Shown: positions 1-9,857 of the stretch, piece by piece
Numbering within the stretch: the stretch's first letter is position 1
How the letters are laid out: each line of letters begins with the position of its first letter
DNA from: an uncultured candidate division WWE3 bacterium
GTDB taxonomy: Bacteria; Patescibacteriota; WWE3; UBA101185; UBA10185
NCBI GenBank assembly: GCA_965603395.1
Contig: CBFDCV010000003.1
Span: 1 to 36,927, forward strand
Reading direction: 5' to 3'
DNA: 36,927 nt
Notes under the pieces: model-generated
The model's database searches: none
Told to the model about the DNA's origin: nothing
The model's input: the letters and a program-made list of their open reading frames with translations, nothing else
Made by a program: the position numbers and the translations under genes

Positions 1-146
1 CCGTCTGACGAGCAGTCATCGACAATTACAATCTCTTTTTGGGTCTCTCCCAAATCAACAGCCTTCACTTTTTCCACCAACTCCAAAACGGTGTCTTTCT
101 CATTGTAAACAGGTATTACTATTGATAATTTCTTAACACTATTCAT
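1..146 (-). CDS. Family 2 glycosyltransferase, N-terminus only (runs off the left edge)
   Basis: Manual translation from ATG at 146 gives [49 protein letters not shown], with the GT2 motifs SIVIPVYNE and IVDDxSxDG. The start overlaps the stop of the upstream gene (ATGAATAG). Confidence 0.9.
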   Translation of the reverse strand, partial: [48 protein letters not shown]

Positions 147-1674
147 GTTCAATAAATTTTAGAATTTTAGTAAAAAACTCTTTACCTCTGATAGTATATC
201 TAAATTCCTTGATTTGTTCTAAGTATTCAACACCATCGGCACTAAATTCCATATCCGTATTATGCTCATTTGTCATTAAAACATAATCAGCTCCTTCTAG
301 TGCTAAAACTTGGTATGTACGACCCTCTCTAGAGTCCATATTCACGTAAATACCTTCCACCTGATCATTTTCAGTTTTGATATTTAGATACCAATCCGAA
401 ACGCTACTGATATCATTGTGAACTATAGTTCCCATAAAATTATCTTGAGCGTATTTGTTGGCCTCCACTACGGCTTTAAAGATATCTTTGTGAAGCCAAA
501 TTGTAGCTATGGTCCAAGCGGCCATAGAAAGAACCAAAGTTATCTCAAAAATACAGAAATTTCTTTTTAGAATGGAAAATATGTTCACTATTTGTAAAGT
601 TATTACGAAAAACAGCAACGGTCGTATAAGCACCAAAAATTGTAGTTTTAAAATATATTGAGATACAAGGAATACAAATAATAGGCCGCCCAACGCTAGG
701 GCATCTGCAAAGGAAGCCTTTTCATTACGTTCAAAATATCTATCTATATATAAAGCCAAAGGAATGATAAGAAACGGGATAATCGGTGTGAGCAGCCTTG
801 GGATGGCTGCAGGCCACACTAGCGCTAGTATTAACTCGATGGCTACAAACACAGTGAGTGCCACATTTCCCAAACTAAATTTTTTAAATTCATTGAGACT
901 TTTATAAAAGAAAAAGCAGGCAGAGACAAATCCAAACAAAAACGTCAATGAAACCAAATAGATATAAAGCATGTTTAAATCGTAAACACGGGTGCCCGGT
1001 TCTTCAAAATAAGTAGAGGTCATGGGATTTCTGTAAAAAAACCAGGGAAGCGTGACCAACAAAAAACCTACCACCAACAAAAAACCTTTCTTTATACTAT
1101 CCAAATTCCATTTTTCGTCCAAAAATATGCCCAAACCTAGAGAAAATCCTAAAATGTACCCTTCGAACCTGGTCAATACGGACACACCAACTAACGTCCC
1201 TAAAACTAACAATTCCTTCCACGTTAAAGAGGTTTTCCACTTGTTATATAGATAAAAAGTTAATAGTGCCAACAAGGCAAAGGGAATATCGGCCATAATT
1301 CTGATCGACCAGTACAACAACACCGGATTCAGAACCAGCAACCACATAGCAGTTTTTCGTGCCCGCTCACTAAGATCATATTGATAGAGAATTTTATAAA
1401 ATAACCAAAACAAGGCTATGCTAAACACAAACATCTCGATTCTTCCCCATAACACCTGATCAAATCCTGCAGGTCTTAAAGCTAGCAATATAGAAAAAAC
1501 AGGCTGTCTTTTTTCATCTTGAGGATAAGTACCTTGCCTTACAAACTCAGATGCTCTAAGTATCCGGTAACTATCTCCCCACTCAGCATAGTTAATGTTA
1601 AGAAGTAAGAGGTGAGTAGTTACAAATACCGCGAATATTATCAGAATTTTACTTGAGGTGATTTTTTTTAGCAT
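139..1674 (-). CDS. Polytopic GT-C fold glycosyltransferase (ArnT/PMT_2, GT39/GT83-like)
   Basis: 511 aa with many hydrophobic segments, an acidic first loop (EWGDS), LNP, ADIPF, TRFEG and PRLLTP motifs, and a soluble C-terminal tail. It lies within a glycosyltransferase cluster. Confidence 0.75.
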   Translation of the reverse strand: MLKKITSSKILIIFAVFVTTHLLLLNINYAEWGDSYRILRASEFVRQGTYPQDEKRQPVFSILLALRPAGFDQVLWGRIEMFVFSIALFWLFYKILYQYDLSERARKTAMWLLVLNPVLLYWSIRIMADIPFALLALLTFYLYNKWKTSLTWKELLVLGTLVGVSVLTRFEGYILGFSLGLGIFLDEKWNLDSIKKGFLLVVGFLLVTLPWFFYRNPMTSTYFEEPGTRVYDLNMLYIYLVSLTFLFGFVSACFFFYKSLNEFKKFSLGNVALTVFVAIELILALVWPAAIPRLLTPIIPFLIIPLALYIDRYFERNEKASFADALALGGLLFVFLVSQYILKLQFLVLIRPLLFFVITLQIVNIFSILKRNFCIFEITLVLSMAAWTIATIWLHKDIFKAVVEANKYAQDNFMGTIVHNDISSVSDWYLNIKTENDQVEGIYVNMDSREGRTYQVLALEGADYVLMTNEHNTDMEFSADGVEYLEQIKEFRYTIRGKEFFTKILKFIEHE

Positions 1675-2845
1675 ATTGATAAATTTCTTCTATTTCCCTT
1701 GCTTTAGTATCCCAAGAATACATCCTCATTATTTTGTATCTGTCTACTGCCCTAGGATGCTCTACCATGTCTTTTATTTTCCTTGCAATATAACGCGGTC
1801 CGATTTCTTCAAGATATTCTAAACCTAAAATCTCCTCATTTAATTTAAACCCTGATACCAGAGATTGGACACCGCAAGACAGAGACTCCATGACTGCCTT
1901 TGGCAATCCCTCAAAACTGGAAGGCAGTACAAAAAGGTCAGCCGCTTGGTAGGCAATAGGTACTTGCGGATAGGGCGTATACCCTAAAATTATGACGCGG
2001 TGCTTAAGTTTGTTTTGCGCGATAACACCGCTTAACTTGTCCATGTATGCATCCTCTCCTGATCCCATCAACAACAACTTATACTTATCAGGAAGATGCT
2101 TAAGTGATTCGATTAAGAAATGGATGTTTTTTCTTGCTACCATAGCTCCCACATTAAGAATGATCCTATCGGCAGGGTCTAGCTTAAGCTCAAGTCTGGT
2201 TTTAATTTTCTCTTCCGGTGTAACTAGATTGAATACGTCAGTATTTACACCGGTTTCTACCACAAAACATTTTTCCGGATCGACGTTGTAGTATTTTATT
2301 GCCTCTTGTTTCAGCTCTTCTGATACGAAAATGCAGGCGTCCGCAGCTTTAACTGCTAACCGGTCAGCCATTTCGGCAAAGGGCCAATCAATGTATTTTG
2401 AAATGTTTTTTATCTCATTCTCAGCTTTTTCTAGCTTTACTTTTCTTCCTTTCACAGTGTTATGAAAGTGGGCAACCAAAGGCACCTTCATTTCCTCTAC
2501 CCAAGGGAAGTGTTTTTCCAGTATTCGCCGGTACCAGTAAAGCCACAGACCAAGATGTCCATGAGAATGAATTAGATCAATCTTATTTGTCTTTCTCCAA
2601 GTGACATACCTCATAAACGCTCCTATTGAGGATGTGAAGGCTGTAGTTCCGTGAATGGGTGCTCTTGGAACCACATGAAAATCAACTTTATTTAATCCTT
2701 CAATAGGACCGGACCTGGGCCATCTAGCGGAAAATATGTCAAATGTGTGACCTAGCTTAACTTGAGATTTTGTAAGTTCATACGGAGCCGGAGCAAGTCC
2801 CTGCCAAGGAGGAGGCCACTCGTATATCATTCTAACGATTCTCAT
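1649..2845 (-). CDS. Family 4 (GT-B) glycosyltransferase
   Basis: 398 aa with DLIHSH, VSE, GV, RKNI and DLFVLPSSFEGLPKAVMES (E-x7-E) motifs. Confidence 0.9.
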   Translation of the reverse strand: MRIVRMIYEWPPPWQGLAPAPYELTKSQVKLGHTFDIFSARWPRSGPIEGLNKVDFHVVPRAPIHGTTAFTSSIGAFMRYVTWRKTNKIDLIHSHGHLGLWLYWYRRILEKHFPWVEEMKVPLVAHFHNTVKGRKVKLEKAENEIKNISKYIDWPFAEMADRLAVKAADACIFVSEELKQEAIKYYNVDPEKCFVVETGVNTDVFNLVTPEEKIKTRLELKLDPADRIILNVGAMVARKNIHFLIESLKHLPDKYKLLLMGSGEDAYMDKLSGVIAQNKLKHRVIILGYTPYPQVPIAYQAADLFVLPSSFEGLPKAVMESLSCGVQSLVSGFKLNEEILGLEYLEEIGPRYIARKIKDMVEHPRAVDRYKIMRMYSWDTKAREIEEIYQYAKKNHLK

Positions 2846-4049
2846 CTACAACCTCCTTAATAACTTTTTCGTATTGGTCAAGCATGTTTTGAAGTGTGTA
2901 CTTTTCATAAGCAATCTTAAGAGCATTATCACTCATTTTTTGACGCAAGTCTTTATCCTCAGCTATTTGCAATACTTTTTTCTTAAATTCGTTAGTATCA
3001 TCCTGCTTAACCAGAAATCCGTTTTCACCGTCTTCAACCGCATCCTTTACTCCGCCCTTATCATAAGCAACTGTAGGGAGGGCAGAAAACATGGACTCCA
3101 CTAAAACCATGGGAAAGCCTTCGTACCTTTTAGTGGGAAGCACAAATATCCCGTACTCCTTATTTTTGTAATACTTTTCAACCAACTCATCATATGGGAC
3201 TTTCCCAAGAAAATGAATCCGGTTCTTAAGCTTTTCATCACTCAGTGTCCGGTTCTGAACTGTACCAAGAAGCTCCCCTGCCCCTACCATATCAATTCTC
3301 AAATTTGTAAGCTCAGGGTCTATAAACATTTTCATCAGGTCGAGGATCCCTTTTGATTTAATGATCTGTCCTACATAAAGTATTTTATTTCCTCTTGAGA
3401 TTTTCTTACCTTGAGGAAAAAATCTTTTAGGATCAACGCCGTTGTGAATCACCTCAATTTTTCTATCCATGACAAATGTTTCATCTACCAGGCTTTCTTT
3501 AACAAAGTTTGATACAGCAATGATTTTGTTAGAACCGTGAACAAACTCTCTTTGCCTCCTAAAAAAGTTCTTAGCAGCAAAACCTGTATTTTTTATGAGT
3601 AATAGCAGGTCCTTAGGAAGTTCCATGCTTGATAAAAATGTTTTATATTCTCCTGTTATCGAACCATGAGATATCGAAATAGCTTTTATATCTAGCTCTC
3701 TTTTTCTTCTGATAACTCCAAGTCCGGCGGAGCTTTGGGCTAAAACCAGATCAAATTTATTCTTTTCATGAATAGTAGTAAATTCTTCAAAAGAGCGGTT
3801 GATCCAGTTTTCCTTTTGCACAGTCCCAAAAAAACCAAAAACCGGTCCCATTCGATAAATACAGTCTATAAAAATGTATTTGACACCATTTTCATTGACT
3901 TCATCAAGGGAAAACTCCCATTTAGGAGAAAAAACCGTAATTCTATGCCCTCTATTAGCAAGCCCTTCGCAAAGTATCTTATTTTGGGTTTCCAAACCGC
4001 CGTACCCTTTGTGAAAGGTGGTCTTTTTAGTAAAAACCGCTATATTCAT
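2832..4049 (-). CDS. Family 4 (GT-B) glycosyltransferase
   Basis: 405 aa with GGLE, IAVS, IHNGVD, KG and FVLPTKRYEGFPMVLVES motifs. Confidence 0.9.
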   Translation of the reverse strand: MNIAVFTKKTTFHKGYGGLETQNKILCEGLANRGHRITVFSPKWEFSLDEVNENGVKYIFIDCIYRMGPVFGFFGTVQKENWINRSFEEFTTIHEKNKFDLVLAQSSAGLGVIRRKRELDIKAISISHGSITGEYKTFLSSMELPKDLLLLIKNTGFAAKNFFRRQREFVHGSNKIIAVSNFVKESLVDETFVMDRKIEVIHNGVDPKRFFPQGKKISRGNKILYVGQIIKSKGILDLMKMFIDPELTNLRIDMVGAGELLGTVQNRTLSDEKLKNRIHFLGKVPYDELVEKYYKNKEYGIFVLPTKRYEGFPMVLVESMFSALPTVAYDKGGVKDAVEDGENGFLVKQDDTNEFKKKVLQIAEDKDLRQKMSDNALKIAYEKYTLQNMLDQYEKVIKEVVDENR

Positions 4050-4055
4050 AGGGAA

Positions 4056-4064
4056 ATTATATCA
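4056..4064 (-). promoter_or_regulatory. Extended -10 promoter TGATATAAT, 6 nt before the ATG at 4049 (probably leaderless)
   Basis: Perfect TGnTATAAT in the 30-bp spacer, with no SD before the ATG. Confidence 0.65.
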
Positions 4065-4079
4065 GGAAAAATCTTTAAA

Positions 4080-5297
4080 TTAGCTTAACAATAGCTCCTC
4101 TAGCTTTTCTACATTCTTACTCTGGTCAAACATCTCCAGAGCTTTATTATATGCAGCCTCACCTAGTCTCTTCTTTCGATCTTTATCAAATAATAACTTT
4201 TCGATCTCAGTAGCCAACGCTTCAGAATTCCTCTGGGGAACCACCACCCCCGTCACATCGTCCATGATCAACTCATTAACACTCCCCGCATCTGTGGTTA
4301 TAATAGGCAACTTAGCCAAAGCTGCCTCAATTACTACATTCGGTATGCCATCCGAATCGCCAGCCTTAGATTTTACAATAGGCAGTACAAATAGATCAGC
4401 TGCTAAATAAAACTTGGCTAGTTCTTCAAAAGGCATCCCCTTCCCCTCCCCGTGAATGATAAATACGTCTTCTAAACCGTAATCGGCAATTTTACCCAAC
4501 AAATCTTTATACTTTTCACCTACACCTACTAGGTCTACCCGATGTTTTATCCTCCTATCCGTCAATATTTTTGAGGCTTGTATCATGTATTCGATGCCCT
4601 TTTTCTCAGTTAACCTGGTTCCTCCCATGAAGATCATAGGTACATCTGATTTTGTGGCTGCAGTATGCGCAGGAAAAACCTTTTCCGGGTCAATGCCGTG
4701 GTGTACAAGATGAATCTTTTCCGAACCCGCATCTGAGATCTTCAGGCACCTCTCATGGGCTGCCTTATTACATACCACCACAAACTTGGCTAAATTTGCT
4801 TTTGACTTTGGTAGATGAGGATATTCGAACACATCTCTGGCGTGAGCACTTATGCTAAAGGGAACATCTAAAATAATAGCTGCAAACATGCCAATAGTTG
4901 AAAAATCCGAATAAAAGTGGATATGAATTTCATCAGGTTTATAATTTCTAATAATGTTGGCGTAGCTTAAAGATTTCAACAAAAGATAATATCTCTTCAG
5001 ATAGCTCCTAGTTAGATCTCCTTTCAAGATATGGTTGATCTTTTTAATTTCCTCGGTTCTCAATAACAAATATTTGAGAGAGAAAAGCAGATCAATTCCA
5101 TTTAACCTAATCTTGTGAGTGCGGGGCTTTAAAAGTTCGTCCAACTCGCCGGTGCCTTTTTTCAAACATAGTATGTCAACATCTAAACTACCAAGCTCAA
5201 CTAGCTTGACTATATCCCGTTGAATAAACGTTTCAGTGAGAACCGGAAACTCAGGTATAAAAATTGTTATCTTTTTCTTATGACTTTTTTGGCCCAT
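4080..5297 (-). CDS. Family 4 glycosyltransferase (WcaL/AmsK-like)
   Basis: 405 aa with FPVLTETFI, HIHF, SAHARD, EKKG and GDSDGIPNVVIEA motifs typical of WcaL-like GT4s. Confidence 0.85.
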   Translation of the reverse strand: MGQKSHKKKITIFIPEFPVLTETFIQRDIVKLVELGSLDVDILCLKKGTGELDELLKPRTHKIRLNGIDLLFSLKYLLLRTEEIKKINHILKGDLTRSYLKRYYLLLKSLSYANIIRNYKPDEIHIHFYSDFSTIGMFAAIILDVPFSISAHARDVFEYPHLPKSKANLAKFVVVCNKAAHERCLKISDAGSEKIHLVHHGIDPEKVFPAHTAATKSDVPMIFMGGTRLTEKKGIEYMIQASKILTDRRIKHRVDLVGVGEKYKDLLGKIADYGLEDVFIIHGEGKGMPFEELAKFYLAADLFVLPIVKSKAGDSDGIPNVVIEAALAKLPIITTDAGSVNELIMDDVTGVVVPQRNSEALATEIEKLLFDKDRKKRLGEAAYNKALEMFDQSKNVEKLEELLLS

Positions 5298-6648
5298 TCC
5301 TTAAGATAGCATATACGGGTCTTTCATCTTGTTCAATAAGACCGTTGGTTACTTTTCCTATGGCAAAATAAGTAAAACCTGCTTTTTCAACTTTTACTTT
5401 GTCTAAAAGGTTTCTACCATCAAAAATGACCGGCGCCTTCAATAACTGCTTTACTTTAGTCAGATCAAGCTTTCTAAATTCGTCCCATTCTGTTAATAGA
5501 CATAAGGCATCAGCATTCTCCATAGTCTCATATTTATCTAAACAATAAGTAATGTTGTTGTCCCCAAGCTCTTTCTTGGCGTTAACCATCGCTTCCGGAT
5601 CAAAAGCTCTTATTTTTGCCCCTAGCCCTCTCAACAGCCTAACTACTTCAATGGAAACTGACTCTCTGATATCATCAGTATTGCTCTTAAAAGACAAGCC
5701 CAGACAAGCAATGGTCCGATTAGACAAATTGTTACCAAAATAAGTAGATACTTTTTTTATAAAGTAGTTTCTTTGCATACCGTTGACCTCCATAACACTA
5801 CGTAAGAGCTTGAAATCATATGCTTGATCAGTGGAAGTCTTGTAAAGTGCGGCCACATCTTTAGGAAAACAGCTACCACCATATCCTAAACCGGCATGTA
5901 AAAAAGGAAGTCCAATCCTTTTATCTAAACCCATACCTTTAGCTACTGTCTGTACATCAGCCCCCGCTCTTTCGCATAATTGACCTATCTCATTAATAAA
6001 GGAGATTTTGGTGGCTAAAAAAGCATTAGATGCGTACTTAATCATCTCAGCTGATCTTAAATCGCACTCCACAATGGGTGATCCCAGATGGCTGTAAAGT
6101 TCCTTCATGACGTTTATGGCCCTTTCTGAGTCGCTTCCTACCACTGTTCTATCAGTATTTTGCATGTCTTCTATAGATGTACCTTCTCTTAAAAACTCCG
6201 GATTGGATACAACATCAAAGTCTGTTTCGGTTTTTAGGTTTTGCTTAATTATCTGCCTAACCCTTTCATTTGTTCGAACAGGTACGGTGCTTTTCACTAC
6301 TATTACCTTGTAACCATCCAAATTCTGGCCAATTTCCTTAGCTACTGACCACACGGAGCTTAGATCGGCGGCTCCGTCACCGCCCTGCGGAGTTCCCACA
6401 CAAATAAAAACTATCTCTGCATTTTTTATACCTTCCGGTAGAGAAGTAGTAAATTTAAGTTTGCCTGATCCAACATTTTCCAAAACCAAGTCTGACAAAC
6501 CCGGTTCGTAAATGGGCATTTCCCCAGATGTGATCTTAGCTATTTTTTTCTCGTCTATATCAATACCGGTAACTTTATGTCCCCAATCGGAAAACACGGC
6601 TGCTCCTACCAGCCCTATATAACCTGTACCAATTACTGCTATATTCAT
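5278..6648 (-). CDS. ugd: UDP-glucose/GDP-mannose 6-dehydrogenase
   Basis: GTGYIG Rossmann motif, ICVGTP, NPEFLREG, KYASNAFLATKISFINE, catalytic GGSCFPKD, FKSNTDDIRES and DGRN. AAGGAG lies upstream. Confidence 0.93.
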   Translation of the reverse strand: MNIAVIGTGYIGLVGAAVFSDWGHKVTGIDIDEKKIAKITSGEMPIYEPGLSDLVLENVGSGKLKFTTSLPEGIKNAEIVFICVGTPQGGDGAADLSSVWSVAKEIGQNLDGYKVIVVKSTVPVRTNERVRQIIKQNLKTETDFDVVSNPEFLREGTSIEDMQNTDRTVVGSDSERAINVMKELYSHLGSPIVECDLRSAEMIKYASNAFLATKISFINEIGQLCERAGADVQTVAKGMGLDKRIGLPFLHAGLGYGGSCFPKDVAALYKTSTDQAYDFKLLRSVMEVNGMQRNYFIKKVSTYFGNNLSNRTIACLGLSFKSNTDDIRESVSIEVVRLLRGLGAKIRAFDPEAMVNAKKELGDNNITYCLDKYETMENADALCLLTEWDEFRKLDLTKVKQLLKAPVIFDGRNLLDKVKVEKAGFTYFAIGKVTNGLIEQDERPVYAILRNGPKKS

Positions 6649-6678
6649 TTTTTGGAAAGCTCCTTCTAGGCAGAATAA

Positions 6679-7434
6679 TTAAACTTTGTATAAACCTCTC
6701 ACATCATTTACTCTAACTTTAATTACGTCAATAACCATTTTAATAGAATCACTCACCGGGTTCAATCTTGTAGTTTTTACATATCTCCATGTTACAGACA
6801 CCTCTTTTATCTTAAAACCCAATTTTCTGGCTAAATATAATACTTCTACATCAAAGGCTCCCATATAACCTTTATCTAGTTCCTTAGCGTCCTTACCGTA
6901 TATTTCCAATCTCCTAAAGATTTCTTTGGCAGCTTTTTTCCTAAATAACTTAAAACCGCATTGAGAATCTTTAATTCCGGGTAATGCTATCAGTTGAACA
7001 ACATAGTTAAAAAGTCTACCCATAAGATGTCTATAATAAGGTTCATTTACTCTGTCGGCGCCTACACCCTCTCTGGAAGCAATAACAATGTCAAAATCAT
7101 GTTCCATCATCCAGTGAAATAATACTTTTAATTCTTCTATGGGAGTGGATAGATCTGCGTCAGCCATATAGATAAACCTGCCTTCAGCTGTCATGATGCC
7201 TGTCCATACGGTAGGACCTTTTCCTTTGTGGGGGTTTTTCACTAATTTAATTTCCGGGTATTCTTTAATATGCTTTTCGATTAATTCAACTGTGTTATCT
7301 TCACTACCATCATCTACTACCACAACTTCAAATGAATCAGAAAAATTCCTCATAAAAGTCACTACTTGAGTTAGAGTAGGTACTATTTTGTCTGATTCGT
7401 TATATGCAGGTATTACAATTGAAAATTCGTACAT
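6679..7434 (-). CDS. Polyprenyl/dolichyl-phosphate beta-glucosyltransferase-like GT2 (ALG5-like)
   Basis: SIVIPAYNE, VDDGS, HKGKG, DADLSTP, DSQCGFKLF and AFDVEVL match the DPG-synthase subfamily pattern. Confidence 0.8.
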   Translation of the reverse strand: MYEFSIVIPAYNESDKIVPTLTQVVTFMRNFSDSFEVVVVDDGSEDNTVELIEKHIKEYPEIKLVKNPHKGKGPTVWTGIMTAEGRFIYMADADLSTPIEELKVLFHWMMEHDFDIVIASREGVGADRVNEPYYRHLMGRLFNYVVQLIALPGIKDSQCGFKLFRKKAAKEIFRRLEIYGKDAKELDKGYMGAFDVEVLYLARKLGFKIKEVSVTWRYVKTTRLNPVSDSIKMVIDVIKVRVNDVRGLYKV

Positions 7435-7461
7435 AATATTATAGCTACAATATTTTACAAA

Positions 7462-8583
7462 TTAGTTACTCTTTTTCCAAATCACTCTGCTATAAACAGT
7501 GTAATTCCAAATAAGTCCTACCAGTATACCAATGAAAAATGCGCTATAAGCAACCGGTGCCGTGTCCCCAAATCTGTTAACCGAAAAGTTAATGAGCCAC
7601 GATCTAAAAATTATTGGAATGTATGAAGAGATAAAGTACACCACAAAACTTGTAGCTTTCTTTTTAACGCCGGCTAGCTTTCTCTCATTGAAAGACCAGT
7701 AATTGTTTAGCGTAAAAGTGGTTACCATGCCCAAAAATCCTGATAATACACTAGCCATCGTTGAGCCCAGTGATGTTATCCGAAAAATGGAAAAAAGGGC
7801 ACTATCAACAAAAAGCCCTGTAAAGCCCACAATGATGAACTTGAAAAAGCTTTTACTTTGCTGGTATCTTAGTAAAAGCACCACCCTTAAAGAATCAAGC
7901 ATGTTGTCTTTTTCCATCTTAGAGTCGCCCCTATCTCTGAGACCAAATTTGATGGGTACTTCCTTTATTTTTGCTCCTAAATTGTGCATTTTGAATAAAA
8001 GGTCAATTTTGTAGGCAAAGCCTGAGGAATTCACATCCTCCAAATTGATCTTTTTCAGAAATCCGTCAACTCTTGAGACTTTAAACCCGGTGGTGAAATC
8101 GTTTACATTGAAGATTCCCAGTACTATTTTTGAAAATAAACTACCTCCTAAGCTTAAAAGTTTTCTATAAAAAGCCCACTCTTTGGGAATACTTCCGCCT
8201 TTAATGTATCTTGACCCGATGACATAGTCATAGCCTTGGTCAAAAGCTTTCAGTAGTTTGGTAAAATCTTTTGGATCATGTTGGAAGTCAGCATCCATCT
8301 CTACCACAACACCCGCTTGTAGTTTTTCCATAGCATGTTTGAAACCATAAATGTATGCAGAGCCCAAGCCGGCTTTTTCTTTCTCTTTCAAAAGGTGTAT
8401 GTTAGGATTTTTTTGTCTGAACTCCAGCACCTGCTCACCTGTACCATCAGGAGAATTACCATCCACGACTAAGATATGAAGCTGATGATGAGGAAATTGA
8501 GAAAACTCACCCACAAGTGCCGGCACAAGCAGCTTTATATTTTCACGTTCATTATAAGTAGGTATTACTACTACAACTTTCAT
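7462..8583 (-). CDS. Polyprenol-phosphate mannose synthase-like GT2 (DPM1/Ppm1-like) fused to a C-terminal GtrA-type membrane domain
   Basis: IPTYNERENI, VDGNSPDGTG, GLGSAY, MDADFQH, GSRY, DFTTGF and RGDSKM motifs. The C-terminal ~130 aa has four hydrophobic segments with GtrA-like KFIIVG, FTLNNYWSF and WNY motifs. Confidence 0.85.
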   Translation of the reverse strand: MKVVVVIPTYNERENIKLLVPALVGEFSQFPHHQLHILVVDGNSPDGTGEQVLEFRQKNPNIHLLKEKEKAGLGSAYIYGFKHAMEKLQAGVVVEMDADFQHDPKDFTKLLKAFDQGYDYVIGSRYIKGGSIPKEWAFYRKLLSLGGSLFSKIVLGIFNVNDFTTGFKVSRVDGFLKKINLEDVNSSGFAYKIDLLFKMHNLGAKIKEVPIKFGLRDRGDSKMEKDNMLDSLRVVLLLRYQQSKSFFKFIIVGFTGLFVDSALFSIFRITSLGSTMASVLSGFLGMVTTFTLNNYWSFNERKLAGVKKKATSFVVYFISSYIPIIFRSWLINFSVNRFGDTAPVAYSAFFIGILVGLIWNYTVYSRVIWKKSN

Positions 8584-8595
8584 AGCTCGTAAATA

Positions 8596-8853
8596 TTAAA
8601 CACTCAAGGCAATTAAGACAAGCAGGAAGGTGAAAAAACTTATGAGAATATATTCCAGTGCAATTTCCAAAGTAAGTCTTTTTTCCAACAGGTGATGCAA
8701 AATACCCCACAATGAATAAAATATGGCAGCTGCTCCTGTAATGACCATTCTCTCAGTGTTGTGCGCCCTATATGTCCAAAAAAAGACGGCAAACACCACT
8801 ACGCCCAGCAGTAAAACAGTATATTCGATTAATTTATAACTTTTCTGATTCAT
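8596..8853 (-). CDS. Small hypothetical membrane protein (3 TM, WGxxHH)
   Basis: 85-aa hydrophobic ORF with an ATGA overlap with the upstream CAP gene. Confidence 0.7.
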   Translation of the reverse strand: MNQKSYKLIEYTVLLLGVVVFAVFFWTYRAHNTERMVITGAAAIFYSLWGILHHLLEKRLTLEIALEYILISFFTFLLVLIALSV

Positions 8854-9827
8854 AGTATTGCTCCGGGAAACACCGAGATCATTACACTTGCTATGGCAAC
8901 AAGCAAAAAGCCCAGATGTGCCAGAGTGTGTCCCGTTAACTTAAATATGCCGTGTTTCTTTGAGTACCACACATCTATTCCCAACAAAGTTGTGATAAAG
9001 CCTCCAAACGCTATAGTAATTGATTGCGTGACCGCCCTTACATCAATGAACCCTCTCTCTTCCTCCCGCTCCGGTTGAGTTTTTTGTTCCAAACTAGCCA
9101 GGTTCACTTCTTGGCTGCTGTCTCCTTCCACTTCCCTTGCAGACTCCGCTAGTGCCGACTCTGTAACCTCTACTTTAGTATTGGGAAAACCTTCGCTGAT
9201 CTCATTTACCGCTGCTAAGTGTACAGGCGCTCTAAGCCGCCCAAACATTTGAACTACAATAGTCGTTTCGTACCCGTCCAATGTGCCATTTACAATGGCA
9301 AATCCTATATGATCATAATTCGGGCTTAGCATGTTGTCTCTATGAGTAACGGAGTCATACCATGCCTGTACTACGTCTTCGGACTCGGAAAAGTTTTTGG
9401 CTAAGTTTTCACCCGCATAGATATAGTCGTACCCTTCGGATAGGATAAAATCCCAGGGTTTTGTGCCGGTTGGCGATATGTGTGCCCAATAATCATCTGT
9501 AAACATATCTTTTGCTTTATTATAAGCCGCATCATTTAGTTCTTTATTTAAAGCCAGCGGTCTAAGACCAATCTTTGCTCTCCGCTCGTTTGTATACCTT
9601 AAAAGCTGACTGACATCAATATCAGATGCATACCCCAACACTCCCGGAGCAAATATCGGTAAAAACCTTATTAAAGCAGCAAAAACAATAAGCACAGCGC
9701 TATAAGAAATAAGAGCACCGTGTGATAAGAATCTAGCCCTTCTTTTGTGACGTTTGTGGGGAATAAAATGGTAGATAAACTTGTACTTTTCTATTTGGTT
9801 TGTTGTGTCCGGCAGATAAGCTCTCAT
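8850..9827 (-). CDS. Membrane-anchored CAP/SCP-domain protein
   Basis: TNERR, LNDAAYNKAKDM, YWAH, AGENLA, WYDSVTHRDNML and IVVQMFG are CAP motifs. There are TM segments at the N- and C-termini. Confidence 0.88.
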   Translation of the reverse strand: MRAYLPDTTNQIEKYKFIYHFIPHKRHKRRARFLSHGALISYSAVLIVFAALIRFLPIFAPGVLGYASDIDVSQLLRYTNERRAKIGLRPLALNKELNDAAYNKAKDMFTDDYWAHISPTGTKPWDFILSEGYDYIYAGENLAKNFSESEDVVQAWYDSVTHRDNMLSPNYDHIGFAIVNGTLDGYETTIVVQMFGRLRAPVHLAAVNEISEGFPNTKVEVTESALAESAREVEGDSSQEVNLASLEQKTQPEREEERGFIDVRAVTQSITIAFGGFITTLLGIDVWYSKKHGIFKLTGHTLAHLGFLLVAIASVMISVFPGAIL

Positions 9828-9838
9828 TATATAAAAAA

Positions 9839-9847
9839 ATTATAGCA
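9839..9847 (-). promoter_or_regulatory. Extended -10 promoter TGCTATAAT upstream of the CAP gene
   Basis: Perfect TGnTATAAT, 11 nt before the ATG at 9827. Confidence 0.55.
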
Positions 9848-9857
9848 TCAATCTGGA

